DNA of 62,000 bases from Camelus dromedarius (taxonomy: Eukaryota). The notes beneath the pieces are model-generated. The model made no database searches and had not been told where the DNA came from. It worked only from the letters and a program-made list of their open reading frames with translations. Shown here piece by piece: positions 40,201-54,319 of the stretch. Position 1 is the stretch's first letter, and every line of letters starts with the position of its first letter. Where the stretch lies: contig NC_087436.1 in NCBI RefSeq assembly GCF_036321535.1, forward strand, positions 18,104,001 through 18,166,000, written 5' to 3'. A program made the translations under genes and the position numbers.

Positions 40201-42172
40201 AAAGGAACATCCAGAGACACACCCAACCCCCCCCCCCCTTGGCCCAGGGACTAACAGCTTTGCTAAAGAAGGGGCAGCTTTCAGTAGAGTCGTTTGGATC
40301 AAACTGGCGTCCATAGCCAAGTACTAAGGATAGAATGGATCAGAAGAGCTGTTATTTCCAGCAAGGAGGGGCTTGGGCTGGGGAAGGCTGAGCCTGGGTC
40401 GGGTAGAACAGGAAAGGAGATGGCAGCAGCAGATGTGGGTCAGTACTGGTTCTACTGTGTTTAGCATCTCTCAGTTTCCAAGGTGTTTTTCCATCTATCG
40501 AATTTAATGCCCAAAACAACCCTGCAGGATTGAGAGTTGACTTCTGAAGTGGAGAAGACAGAGGCACGAGGTGTGATCTGTGCCAGTCTCCTTGGTGAGT
40601 TAGGACTCAAACCCAGGGCTTTGGCCTTGGCTGCCAGCGATTCCCATTCCCCCCAGAGCAGGAATGCAGGGGCGGGATGCAGGCTGGGGGCACGTGACCG
40701 CAGCAGGGATCTGGGAGGGCGAGCAGGCCTGGCTGGACTCCAGCAGCAGGAGAGCTCAGCAGCCTGGTAGGGAGGGCGGCCTGCACTTCACAGCTGTGTT
40801 TTGTTTGGCTGGCAAGGTTTTCAAGGTTGCTTTAGGCCTCTAGTCTTATTTTATTTTTGTTGAATTTGATTGCACAGGGCAGCCCGTGCTCTCCCCAGTT
40901 TGCCGCAGGCCCCACCGTTCCTCACTGTCCACTCAGCCCATGTCCAGGGACCTCTGTTTCCAGCCCCTCGTCTGCAGGGTCAGGAGAGCCAGGCCCTTCT
41001 ACCCTCCCCACTGTTCCTCAAGGTTTCTGAGTTGTCCAGTTTATCCATTCTGGAATAAAACTTTAGGAATGTGATCTTTCAGTTCAGTGACAGTGATTTT
41101 TATTCCCGTTTCCAAGCTATGTTATTAACCATGAGTCCTAGAAAAATATTAAAAAAACTAATTATATCAAATGAACGATAGAATTTAAATGTTTCCCTAA
41201 AAATGCGTGTGATACTAATTCTTTATCAATTTTGACCACTCAATTGTAATCGATGTCTTATCCTTTTACATCCATTTAATCAGTCAGCCTATAATCAATT
41301 CTGAGATCATTTTGAAACTTCCCAAATCAATTCATTAGCTTCCAAATAGCACAGTGCTGTTTTTTTGTAGATGCAGAAAAAGCAAAATAAAAAAGCAGGG
41401 AAACAGAAGTAAAGAGTTTTATGAATCATGAAAACTGCAGGCTTCAGTATGCTTCTTTTAATAATCTGTGATGGAACATATGAAAATGTTTCTTCTTATT
41501 TAGAATGTCAGATCACACACCTGATGTCCAGTCTATCAGGAAAGTTTTCCGGCAGTGACACCAAGAAAAGATCGTTTCCGTTTTGCTCACGTAGAGTAAG
41601 GAGGGCAGACCCTCTTCTACCCCTTTGTCTCTGCTCCTCTCCAGCTCATAGATTTTGGGTGGTTTCCAGCCGCCCTGCTGCATTTAATAAGTAAATTCAG
41701 AAAATCTGGGCAGACCTCCAAAATTTGAGGTTTTGCCTAAGTTCTCTTTATTTGTGGGTTTGTTTCAACTTCTGAAATGTCTGGCTGGGAAAATGGTACA
41801 ATATATTTCAATCCCAGCAGTAAAATGCAAGTAATACATGACACAGGTTGTTCATAATCTTGAGAACTTTTGATAACACAGCTATCAGGACTATGACGAC
41901 CTGTGGTTCATCTTGGTAGCTATCCCAAATAGCACTGAAATACAGTAGTGACATGGAGTCACGCTGTGCTAAGCTTAGGTGATTTTTTTAATGTATGACA
42001 TTTGTAAGTATCGATATTGAAAAAATAAAGATTTACTCCATATATATATATATATTTTTTTTTAGACTGGAACAGGACAGGTTTTATTCAATGGTTAAAG
42101 AATGAAGAAGCAGGAGCCTAGTTCTCAAATCAATTTCTCCTCCGTAAAATTTCTAAACTTAAAAAAATAAAT

Positions 42173-42270
42173 AAACATGTATATATATGTACGACTGAAT
42201 CACTATGTTGGATACCAGAAACTAACACAACATTATAAGTCAACTATACAGCAATTAAAAGATTAAAAGA
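42173..42270 (+). mobile_element. L1 3' tip
   Basis: atatatgtacgactgaatcactatg...ccagaaactaacacaacattataagtcaactatac. Confidence 0.78.
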
Positions 42271-43640
42271 AATGTTTATATGTGGGTTAAAATTTTGGTA
42301 GAAAGTGGACCTATAGTTTTACTATTAACATTCTGGTTGTCTCCATCCTTTATGTTTTTTATACTTTTAAACCAAGGGTTTAATTTTAAAGGGAAAAAAA
42401 ATAATCTCTTTGTTACATAATGGATGACATTCACATTTATGAATTCAATTTATGAATGTGAATGTCAGATACTTGAAACCACAACTAACACTGTGGCAGA
42501 CTCAGGAATTTCTGCAGTTGCTATTAGGGGTTTATTCTTCCCCCACAAAAATAGACTTAGATAAACCACAAATCAAAAGCCTCAACAGTTAAACTCAAGG
42601 AGAAGAGTGTTAGCATAATGTGTGAAGCTAATTGACAAGATAATTCACCTCTTTATACAGGACAACAGGGTCTATTTAGAAACGGTGGTGTGCCTGACTC
42701 CCAGGGTTACACATAACACTCAAGAATGTACTTAGCCGTTCTAAAGTGCTGGTGGCCCAATAAAATTATTATTTATACCAGTTATGATAAATTAGCAAGT
42801 ATGATGTGCAATTAAGAAATGAAAGCAATTTCTGACTCGGAATATTAATATCACAAGATGAATTTTTATTGTCTTCATCTTCTAAAAAAAGTTCTAAGTG
42901 ATTTCATTTCTCAAAGTTAAAGCAGAAACATAAGTACATATGGGCTGTAATGAATGAAAGCAAACATGTACGTAGATTTTCAAAGGGGACACCTGTAGCT
43001 GACACATTACCCTACGTCCCCCTCCAGAACGCAGGTGCAGGTGTGCCCCTTCTCCATAAAATGTGTTCACCTGTGTCCTCGGATGAGCCTCCCCTTCCGG
43101 CAGGTGACGGAAGCACTTGATATGTTTCGCAGTGCTGATGTCAAAGTATTATTTTTTGTGAGATTTTTTTCATTTAACCAGAAAAGCTAGCCACTACATA
43201 GAAGGATAGAAGAAAACATAATCCTTAATTTTCTATCTTACTGAAGGTAAAGATGAGCATTCTTTCTCTTCTCTTTCAAAGTTTTTGATCTTGCCTCACG
43301 TGCCAAGCTCTGTTGTGTTACATATCACACACTCAGCCCAGTGCACAGGCTCGCCATCAGGTGTCTGGGTGGTCACGTGACAGCACCTCGGTGGTCATGT
43401 GACCTCAGAGCAAAGAGGATGGAAAGTGCTTATTGGCAGCACGGAGTCCCCCTGGTAGACAGCCAGTTTCTCCGTGTGTCTTTGACGTTGGAACTTGAAT
43501 ACGAAGATGTTGCTTTCTAAGTCCAGCCTCTGCTTAGATTGTCTGGGGCTCTTCCAGTTTTTCTGGAAAATTAAAGTGTATTTCCCGACCTCTGAGCTGT
43601 TGGCAAGTTAGGATTCATAAAAAGTTTGACGACAGGCCAT

Positions 43641-43850
43641 GAGGCAATGTAGTGTTGTGGTTAAGACAGGCTTTGGAGACAGACCTAGGTTTATAACCTT
43701 TCTCTGCCATTTATTTATTGTGATTAAACCTCCAGTCTTCAGTTTCCACTTCTGTAAAATGTGAATAATACAATGAAGATGGATGTCAAGGTTAAGCGAG
43801 CTTGTAGAAGCAAAGCGCATTATAACATATACCCAATAGGTCTATTACTG
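43641..43850 (+). mobile_element. MIR
   Basis: gaggcaatgtagtgttgtggttaagacaggctttggag...cagtttccacttctgtaaaatg. Confidence 0.75.
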
Positions 43851-43999
43851 TTCTTTTGTATGTGTATGTCTATGAGGGCTCACCGTTCTGTACCTGCCAT
43901 ATTTAGTCATAAATGCGATAACTGAGGTTCAGGAGCAATCTGCAAGTGCGAGCCTGTGACGTCAAAATACTCCAAGCCATTTAAGTACAAAGATGCTAA

Positions 44000-44299
<300 letters not shown>

Positions 44300-46154
44300 T
44301 GAATTATCCAGTGGAAGGCAGCAAGAGTTGAAACTGAGTAGGAAGGCAGTGTTTCTTCAGAATACCTTTGAAAGGTTGCAGAAAATCCAGTCTGTTCTAG
44401 AAATGTAAGTGGCTTTTCCAGTACGTAGTGTTTCAAATATCGAAGCCTATGGTAAACGTACAGATAAGGAGAAGGTAACGCACTCCTGGGTATAATACAG
44501 TCCTTTAAATCATAACGCCATCCCCATAATACAGCAGGCAGATGACTTCACCGTGCGGTCCACACCTGGCTTATCCAGACTCTCACGTGAACGACTCAGC
44601 TGCGGCTGAACAATGAATTTCATAATGTGGGCCACAAATGCCCACAGATGGAAGTACCTCCTAAGAGCAAAACCCCTGAGCTCTGGGCCAGGGCAGGCCC
44701 TCAGATTTGCCGCAGGTGTCCAAGCAAGTGTCCCATTTTCTGCTTGCAATTTAGGAAATGTTTGCTTAATGAAAATGTGTGCTTTCACATTGCCTAAATA
44801 GTGTCCGCCTTCCACAACTGTTAATCTAATAACCGCATTTTTCAGCAACATTATTAGTGGTCCTGGGGCCGGCTGGGATCGTCTCGTTCTTTGCCAACTT
44901 TGGGATTTTCTAGTCACTGTTCTTCATAGGAGTCCCCTTTCTTGTGTAAACATGGAAAGTAAACTCGGAGCTTGTTCCTGATTTACTCAGTTACAGACGT
45001 AGCCGAGGTGTGTGTTAGCAGTTTCTGTGAAATAGTGATCTGGGGCGCTTGCTTTCTTATGGCCCGGAAAATGTGCTTCTTGTTTCACTTTGTAAGCCGT
45101 TTCTCCAGTTCTGGCTTTTAAAAAAAAAAACAGTTGTACACAGTCATGCTAATTCAGTGTTTTTCTATTTGGGAGTTTTCCATACTTGCTTTTGGAAAAT
45201 GTATTGCCCGAGTTCAGCCCATATGGTTTGTATGAGAAATCCCTTTTCAAATATTTCTGTGTTGTGAAGGAAGATGTTGACAAAATTGGTGACCAATATT
45301 GGAATAGTATTACAATTGAAATAACAGAAATAATGCTTTAGAGATCTGTTTGCGCCAGCGGAGTGGGTTGATTGATAAAAGAATGTCCCTTTCCAGGTTT
45401 TCACACTGAAGACCCAGCGTGTAGCACATTGGCCTTTGCTTTCTCCAGGCTTCTCATGTGATAAGAGTCAAACCCCCCCAAGGTGAATTCAGTGATCCAT
45501 AGTTGTGCTAATTATCAGTGGCCTAAAAGCATAGTTTCATGGAAAATCTCGGGAATCCGTGATGATGGTCAACATGACTTTGGAGAACACAGCAAATGAT
45601 GTTTCCCACACTCTAACTAAAAGAAGGGGAACTAGAGCCTGAAATGGGACGCTCTCCCTGGGAACAGGAGCGTGGTTACTTTTTTCTGTTGGTTTCTTTC
45701 TTGTGTTGGTTTTGTCAAAAGCCCTTCTTCGTGGAGCCGGGGTGGGAGGAGCGGGGAGCAGGAGGTGTAATTCTTGATGAATTCTCTTATCTGTTCAAAT
45801 GATCAGGCAGGCGCAAGGGCAGTTGCGAAATGAGTATGTAGTTGTGGTCACAACACATGAAAAGGGGTGATACATGTTGAAGCAATTTGCACGTAAGGAG
45901 AGTGACAGCCGAAGTTCACACTTGTTGATCTGTAGTCTTTCAGAATCTCTGAGCCTTACGCACAATAGGAGGGGAGAGCCCCCAGAGGCCACCCCAGTGG
46001 TCAGTGTCAAACTGTCTTCTGCTCGCTTGTTTTTACCGCCAGCACAGTGCTCGGCACGAGATAGGAACTCAGTGAACAGTTGCCAAATGGCCAACCCATA
46101 AATGATGATTTTCTGCAAAATTCCCCAGGGTAAATCAATGTGTTTTTAGTATTT

Positions 46155-47280
46155 TTTTTTGATCAAGGTATAATTAATACACAGTAAACTGAACATATTT
46201 AAAGCGTACCATTAGAGAAGTTTGACACATGTTATACACCCATGAAACAGTCATCACCTCAGGATAACAAACAGACCCATCACTCTGAAAGTTTCCTTGT
46301 GCCTTTTTTTTTTCAACCTTTCCTGCTCCCTACTGCTCCCCAGCTGCTTTCTGCATTGCTTTCTGGCAATTAGATTCGTTTGTATGTTCAGGTGTTTCGC
46401 ATGAATGGAATGATGTTGCATGTGGTCTTTTGTATCTGGCTCCCTTCACTTTGTGTAATTGCTTTGGGAGTCATCCACTGGTGTTGCCCTATGTCAGTAC
46501 TTCATTCCTACTCACTGCTGAGCAGTGTCCCATCGTGAAGACGTGCCTCATTTTGGTAGTCCCGTCACCTACTGATGGACGTTTGGGTGGCTTCTCAGAC
46601 TGGGGACTAGTACGGATACAGTTGCCCTGAGCATTGTGTGTACGTCTTTGTGTGAACGTCACTCTCTTTTCCTTGAGTGAATACGTAGCTGTTGGAGATC
46701 TGGGTCCTTTGGTGGGTGTGTTTTCATTGTTTACGAGACTGTTTTCCAAAGTGGTTGGACAGTTGAACCTTCCCTTGAGAAGTGTGTGTGGGTTCAGATT
46801 GCTCCACATCCTTGCTGCCTCTCAGTATGATCAATCTTTGTAGTTTTAGCTATTCTGATCGCTGTGTGGTGATGTCTCCCTGTGGTTTTAATTTGTGTTT
46901 ATTTCCCTAATGACTAATGATCTTTTCTCGTGCTTATTCCTCCTCTTCGCATCTTCTTTGCTGAAGTATCTGTTCTACTCTTTTGCCCATTTTTTAAAAC
47001 CTGGATTGTTTGTTTTTAATTGGATTTTTGAGTTTTGAGAGTTCCTCCTATATTCTAGATACAATTCCTTTATAAGTTATGTGATCTGCAAGTATTTTCT
47101 CTCAGTCTGTGGCTTATCTTTTCATTCTCTTAACAATGTCTTTTGAAGAGCAAAAGTTTTAAATTATAATAAAGTCCAGTCGATTTTTTTTCTTCTGTGA
47201 GTCATGTTTTTGGCGTTGCAGCTAAGAAATGCTTGCCTCAGCCAGTGTCACAGAACTTTTCTCCTCTGCTTTCTTCTAGA
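46155..47280 (-). mobile_element. L1MC/MD-type 3' region
   Basis: Antisense L1 3'UTR and ORF2-end motifs (ctgtggttttaatttg..tttccctaatgactaatga; ttcattctcttaacaatgtcttttgaagagcaaaagttt). Confidence 0.82.
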
Positions 47281-50200
47281 GACCACTGTCCTTCACTGAA
47301 CTGACATGTAGGGTCTCAGAAACCATTTCTTCATGTCTTTTTTTCCTGAGCATTTTTGGTTGTTTCTGGCAGGAAGGTAAATCCAATCTGCCTTGCTCCA
47401 CTTTGGCTGGAAGGAGGACATTCTTTGGGGAATCACTGGAATCACTTGAATCCTAAAACCTTTATTCTAAATTATCAAAAATGTTTGCTCTTAGAAGTAG
47501 CCTAACAGACGCGTCTTGGATGCTCTATTTTTATTCCCATCCCGGACAGAACATTGGAAAATGCATTGTAAGTCTGGAGGGACCTTTCTAAGTCCCCTCG
47601 GTGACTCGGACTTGAGACTGCCCACTGCTTTTTCATTAGAGTGAATTAGTGAGTCAACGTTTGTGGAATTTTCTTCTAGGGAACAAAGAGCTTCACAAGG
47701 ACAGGCTCTGTACTCGGAGCCTCGTTTTGGTCACCTTGTGGAAAAGGAGCATATGTTCCTAAGGGCCCCACAAACAAGAGCCCTGTGCATGTAAGTCAGA
47801 GTACTGCTTAAATCGCATGCATGGTACGCCAGCCCTCAGGACACACATCTGTGGCTCTTGGGACGCATGGTTTTCTCCCACATGGTGCACACACGCGTTG
47901 GCAGAGCAGTGCCAAGGTGAGTGAAGGGAACATTCTCTGAAGAACAGGTTGGCAGTTGAGTATTTGAGTCGGTCAGTAACTTGAATGAATCATAAGCCCT
48001 TCGAACAAGTCTTCCACTCCAAAAAAGGTTCCCAGAAAGCAGCTGTGGTCAGGCTCCTAGGAAGCATGTTCTTGCATTGAGAACATTTGGACGTTATCTG
48101 TACAACATATAGATTCCTTATTCTTCTAGGGAGAATGGAGAATTACTGGTCGTTTTCTAGCTATTGCTAGGAGTGACAGTTAATTTCCTATGGGTTTAAG
48201 AGGCTCATTTCTAATGAATTCATTGGTAACTTTTGTTCATTCATGGAGATCAAAGGCTATTTATTTATGTGATAATCAGTGTGTAGAACAGCAAGTAAAC
48301 GTTAAATGATAATATTAATAGCATTTCCTAGAGGCAAAAAAATTGCCCTTCTTCTGTTCCACAGTTGCAAGGTTGTGCTGTTGTAATTGACTATTTCAGG
48401 GTACACACCGGCCTGCACGGTGTCTCAGGCCTGGCAAAACGGATGAGACTACAGAGGATGGAAAAGGAATCCATGACACCAACCCAACCCTCAAATAGCT
48501 GGGATTCTAGAAACACAGTGAGAGCGCAGTGCAAGGCAGGAGCAGGCAGCGAGGGGCCGAGACCGGCCTCCTGGGCAGCAGGACCTTGGAGAGCACACGT
48601 GTGCACTTCATGCCTGTCAGTGAGCCCCTACCCCGTTCTAGGACCAGAGGGGCAAGTGTAAACAGAATGCCTGTCCTTAGGAATCCCACTTGCTCTGATG
48701 GAGAAAGAGGATCATCTCCTTCAGAAGGGGAAGCAGAGGGGTGAATGTGTGTTCGGCACCTGTCACATAGAGGGTGCCTGATTACCTGTGTTATTTCGGG
48801 CACTTCTACAAATTCCCTGTAAGACGAGTGTGATTCTCATTATCCCCATTCCTGTCCTTAGGATTCCCACTTGCTCTGATAGAGGAGAGGTTCGTCTCAT
48901 TCAGCAAATCCATCAGTGTCTAAAAGCATCAGGCAGTGCGCTAGAGGGGAAGCCCCTGGCCTGGCCTCCAGGAGCTTTCCGCCGGCTCAGGGCAATCAGA
49001 TAGCCGTGTACAGGGGGCTGAGAGCCTGAAGAGGTGAGCACACCATGCGTTCTGGGCTCCCCGATGTTTACTCTGAGTTGCTGGAAACCCTTGTTGAGAA
49101 GATCTGGGCGCCAGCTGTGCTGAGCAGAGGTCATGTCATGGAAGACCTGGGGGGTGGGTCTCAGAGAATCTTTATGTCATGGAAGAAGAGACAGAGGTCC
49201 AGAGAGTGATTTCTCAAGGTCCCTAGGTAGCCAGTGACAGCTGGAACCCTCTTGACTGTCTGATGGTCATCCCGGCACCACCCGCCTGATGCAGGGGCGC
49301 TTCAGGCTGGTCACAGCTGCTGGGGTTCAGGCTGGGCTGCATCTTTGGAGATCAGCAGATTAGCCCGAGGAACATTGGAAGCAGCTGCACCACGCTCACT
49401 CCAGCTCTCCAGACTCATTTGGCTCTTCCCTGCCATCTTCTGGAATGCATCGTTTCTGTGAGGCACGGGGTTCCATCTTGAAGGCAGCGAATCCGGTGTT
49501 GATGCTCAAATGTCACACATGTTCAGCAGTTCCCAAAACCAGACGTTGGGTCGGCCTCACCATAAGCTGAGCCGGCTTCGGTGGGAGGTTTTTGTCTCTC
49601 CTGATAATCATTAAACCCAGCTAAGAACCTACCCATTGCTTGGGTGAGCACCGGTGTCTCCCTTGGTTGTGACCAGAGGGTCGTGTTGCTGAGCGGTTGC
49701 TTTCTGTGGTTGCAGAGAGAAGGCTGCACAACCCAAGTGGCTCTCCTCCAGCCAGGCTCCCTCCCGCAAGGGGAAGGTGGGTGCGATGGGAGCAGAACAT
49801 CTGGTGATACAGCACCTGCTCCACATGCACACCGGAGGCTCTGGGAGACTCCACTGTTTACATGGAGAGACTGTTACATTTCAGTGACACAGTCACCAAC
49901 AAAAGAGACATTACTGCAAGCGGCCAGGGCTGTTAACACATTATTTTGAAGTCCCCATTGCTCATTTAATGAGCGGGTGCTTTTGCATTTGAGCAGTGGT
50001 GTTGGCCATCTCCACCAAGACTATTACTCAAGGTGGTTTTGAGAGCAGCAACCAACCTATTTTAAGCGTTTCTTCCTGCACACTGAAGCCTGCCAGCCCC
50101 AAGCAGGGTGGATCCACCCTTTGGACTGTTCCTTGCTTTCACGTTTGACTCTGTTTCACATCTTCACAGTCAGCGTCTCCTCCAGGAAAGTTCTGAGGCC

Positions 50201-52458
50201 CCAAAAGGAGTCTGCCACAGACTTGTGACCTCTGGGGACAGCAGAGAGAACATGGCCTGTGCTGCTCCACCAACAGTTATCTCAGTCAGCTTGGGCGCTT
50301 CACTTAAAGTTTTTGGCCCTCAGTTTCTTAAAATGGGACTAATAGCCATCTTAGAGGGAATTTTTAGAAGTGCATGAAATAACACAGGTACTAAGGCGCC
50401 GAACACATGTTCACCACTCTGCTTCCCCTTTTCCAAGATGGTGTTTGGGTTTCCCCAAAACCGTGTCTCTGCACCACCAAAGAGTATCCATCAGGCCGTT
50501 TTAGTTTCCTCTAAGGACAGAGACACTCCAGTACATGGCAAGTGCCTTCAAGGAGCGACAGTCGGCAGTTTTCAAGACCAAGCAGAGCAGTGGGTAGAAA
50601 AGGCCATCTACAGTGTGGGGCAGTCATCTGGTAGCAAATCACATAGCCTGCGATCACTTAGAAGCCTTTCCAAGGCACTTCAAGTGTCAGTGCCCCCCAG
50701 AGTCAACTTCCTGTGCGTCCGTCCTGCCATTTAGCAGGGGAGCCTGATGGTATTAGAACATGTTGGGTGTGCTTGAGATGCTTTGTGATTCACTGAGGGC
50801 ATGAAAGGGGTTTTGTGATGGAGATGAGGGCAGACTGCAGGGAGGTCACCATCAGGAAGGACTGATGTTGGGGAACGGAAAACCCTTGTCCTCGTGTTGT
50901 CAAAACACTGCTGATAAGTGATGCCTGGCCAGGCTGCCTCAGCGTGTGGAGGCACATTTCCTCCCTTCCCCTCACTCAGGTTACAATGAGGTGAGGTTAT
51001 TTGATTCTGTATCTGTAATAAAGTACCCAGAGCTGGCAGTACCACCCCTGTGTGTGTGTGTGAGAGAGAGAGATCAAGATGCAAAGCTGTATTCTATCTC
51101 ACCGGGTGAGACCACCACCTAATACAATTGTTAGCAGTGTTACACTGCCTCCTTCTCTGACAGGACCGTGACTAAGATAGATTCTAAATAAAGGAAGAGT
51201 TGTTTGTGTCAGAGTCAGCTAAGCGAGCAAAGCCTTATCTTCCAGGGCACCAGGGAGGGAGAAAGACCCAGTCCTCGGGGAAGAGAAACCTACATGGGTA
51301 AAGATTTCAAATTAACGGAGTAATTGACATAGCAGACCCTCTTCTTTGTCTAGTTGGTGAAACCAATGAGACAGTTACTAATGGTTCACAGCAACTCTTT
51401 CTACAGCCTTATTTTGGTGTTTGCCTTTACAGATTTCTCATTTCAAGGGTATAGCAGAGTTCTGAATGCATTGCCCTTGGTGAATTGTGCCAATGAGTGC
51501 TAATTTTCATCTGAAAAAGTTTTTCTTTATGTTTTTATAGCTGAAAAATGCATCAAACATATTTAAAGATAAAAATGGGGAAAAGGGAAAAATAATTGGT
51601 CAGAATGTTGTAGTTTTTCGATATTGTGGGTAAATAGGGAATGGATGATTTGGGTGTGGTGTGGGAAGGACTGGGTGGTTCCAGGACTGGTGTGTTTCAT
51701 GTGCTGGTAACTGGGGCCATGAAGCCCAGCTGGGAGACATGACTCCCTGTGGATGCAAAGGGCGCCCTTGTCTGTTGGACCTCCTTTGTTCACTACGTCC
51801 ATGGTTAAGGGCATTGCTGCTCCGTGACCGCGGTTGTGTTTCTCCAGGCTCTCCTGTTGATGCCCTGGGAGACTGCTGCTTGATGTAGTCTACTTGTTGA
51901 ACTTTGCTTTTGTCACTTGTGTGTCTGGTGTCATATCCAAAAAATCATTGCCAAGATCAATGTCAAGGGGCCCCGGGCAGGCAGGTGCACGCACAGCAGC
52001 CTCCACTAGGCCAGGCACTGTGCTGGTGCTGAGGGTACAATGACGGCCAGAGACTCAGTCCCTGCCCTCAGAGTGTGCAGTGTAGTGGAAGCAGAGGAGA
52101 CAAGTAAGCGGAGAACCTGACCACAGTGTGATGGGTGCTCGATGTGGACTGGAAGGCCTATAGGTAGGGTATCCAGAAGGGGGAGTGTCAGGGAGGAGAT
52201 GGGCCAGGGCATGAGATGAGGGACGTGATGCCCAAGCTGTGCCCCAAAGGCGAAGCAGGAGTTGGCCAGACAGGCAGAGGGAAGCTAACCCAAGCAAAGG
52301 AGTTAATATCCCAAGGGAGAAAGCACATGGTGATTTGGAGAAATGGAGAATTTCATTGTATCCAAGAACGTCAGGAAAGAATGGAGAGAAAGAAGGATGG
52401 AGACAGCGAAAGGATCTGTAGAGCACGTTGAGGGGTTTTGAGCACATCTATGGAGACT

Positions 52459-52637
52459 AGCGCTGACCCTTTCAATGTGGTAACCACTGGGCACAGATGG
52501 CTACTGACATGTAAATTTAGTAAAATTTAAAATTCAGCCCCCAGTCACACGAAACCACATCCCAAGTGCTCAGCAGCCACGTGTGGCTAGTTGCCAGCAT
52601 CTCGGGCAGTGCAGATGGTCGTATTGGACAGTCCTGA
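52459..52637. mobile_element. MER3-like hAT MITE
   Basis: agcgctg...gtaaccactgggcacagatggctactga...caagtgctcagcagccacgtgtggctagt...tattggacagtcctg. Confidence 0.7.
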
Positions 52638-54147
52638 TCTAGAGAGTCTGTTAGAGGAGGCGCAGAGGGCCAGTTAGGATCTGGTGCAGGACGGGGGCTG
52701 GGGGCTAAGTTAGCGCAGGGGCAGGGGGACAAGGACATAGTCAGGTGGTCGGATGGATGGCTTTTGGTGGTGGATAGGACGTGGGGGTTCAGAGAGGACG
52801 GAGTGGGTCTAAGATGACCCTCAGGATTCAGGCATAGATTGGTGGGTGGGGCAGCACCAGCACTGGGGCTGGGTGGTGGTGGGGGTGCAAGGGGAGGAGC
52901 TTTGTGGGCAGATGATGAATGTGGTTTGGGTGCACAGATTTGAGGTGACCAGGGGAGATGGCAGGTGAGCTCAGGGCTCTGCGGAGATGAGGATGAGGAA
53001 GCGAAGTGCTGATGCCCCTTCAGGAGGTACTGCACGTGGTGGTCCCTGAAGCCTGGGGGGTGGGGTCAATAGAACTGCGTGGGTGTTGTTTTGGCAACAT
53101 GGTAGATAGAACTGAACCCCGGGGGAAGATAACCACCAAGGAACCCAAAACGAGAAGGCACCACAGAGGTGAGACAGGGAGACAAAACAATGAACACAGA
53201 GGACAAGCCAGAAAAGTGTGTCCCACACTGTGCGAACGAGGGGTCAGCGGGGCGGAAGCTGCGGACAGGTCAGTTAGCAACCAGTCTGAAAACCTGTTCA
53301 GTAACCATAGCAACGAGGAGGAAGGGCAGATTGGTTCGGCTTGTGCTGATGCTCACGAGGTTTCTGGTACCTCTGTCAGAAGCCACACAGCAAACAGGGA
53401 AAACAATAAACTTAAAAAAAAAAAAAAGTCAGGTGTTATCCAGTAAAACTGCTTTAATAAATAGAAGTACGAGTCTTTCTGGGATGTGATGGCATGCATG
53501 TAACAGGAGCGTTTTGAATGTGGTTGAGAGAACTTGCAAAGTTTTGTGCTTATGTGTTTCAGTACAGCTAAGAAATCACAGTGGCTTAGCAAACTTTATA
53601 AATAACCCCCAAACAAACTTTATTATGGACCTAGACCCATGTATGAGTAATTTTGAATCAGTGGAAGCTTTATTATATATTATATACACATATGTAATGT
53701 ACTGTTTACATGTATATGTGCTACTTAGAGAGAGAGAGATCTGTAGGCAGATGGATAGGTGAGTGTTAGGCATTGAGGAGCTGTAGATATACATGTGAGA
53801 ATTTGGTAGCAAAGGCCGCCATGATGCTTCCGAGCTGATCTTGCGTTTCAAGTCATGGTTTTACTGGTAATACTGGTCCTGAGTCCTTTCTCACCCATCA
53901 CTTTCACATTACACCTTAAGTATCATGACAGTTAATCTCCACGTGCAGCCACAGAACGTCATCTCCTTTGGTCTTCTGTGTTTGGTCTTGGTTTTCTGTG
54001 GCTGATTTAGGGCAAAATCTGGGTTGTTTCCTTACCTTGGAAAAGGGTGAGTTAAAACACTTAAACATTTTCAGTGGCTCATGTTTAGACTACTTAAGAT
54101 AGTGCATACCAATTGCTGATCAGACAGCACTCTAAGATGCAGTTGTA

Positions 54148-54251
54148 AAAGAATATGAAAACAAATATATGCATGTATATGCAAGACTGGGACACTGTGC
54201 TGTACACCAGATATTGACACATTATAACTGACTACTTCAATTTTCAAAAAC
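54148..54251 (+). mobile_element. Short lineage L1 3' tip with TSD
   Basis: TSD agatgcagttgta (54135-54147) and aggtgtagttgta (54252-54264). Confidence 0.8.
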
Positions 54252-54319
54252 AGGTGTAGTTGTATTGGACTTTAGAGAAGTGAGAAAAGAAACTTCAGTA
54301 TAGGAGTTTGTCATTCCTT

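Noticed and set aside
48670..48904. Repeat-spacer-repeat as a CRISPR-like array
   Set aside because: Only two diverged copies, 126-nt spacer, mammalian intron, no cas genes.
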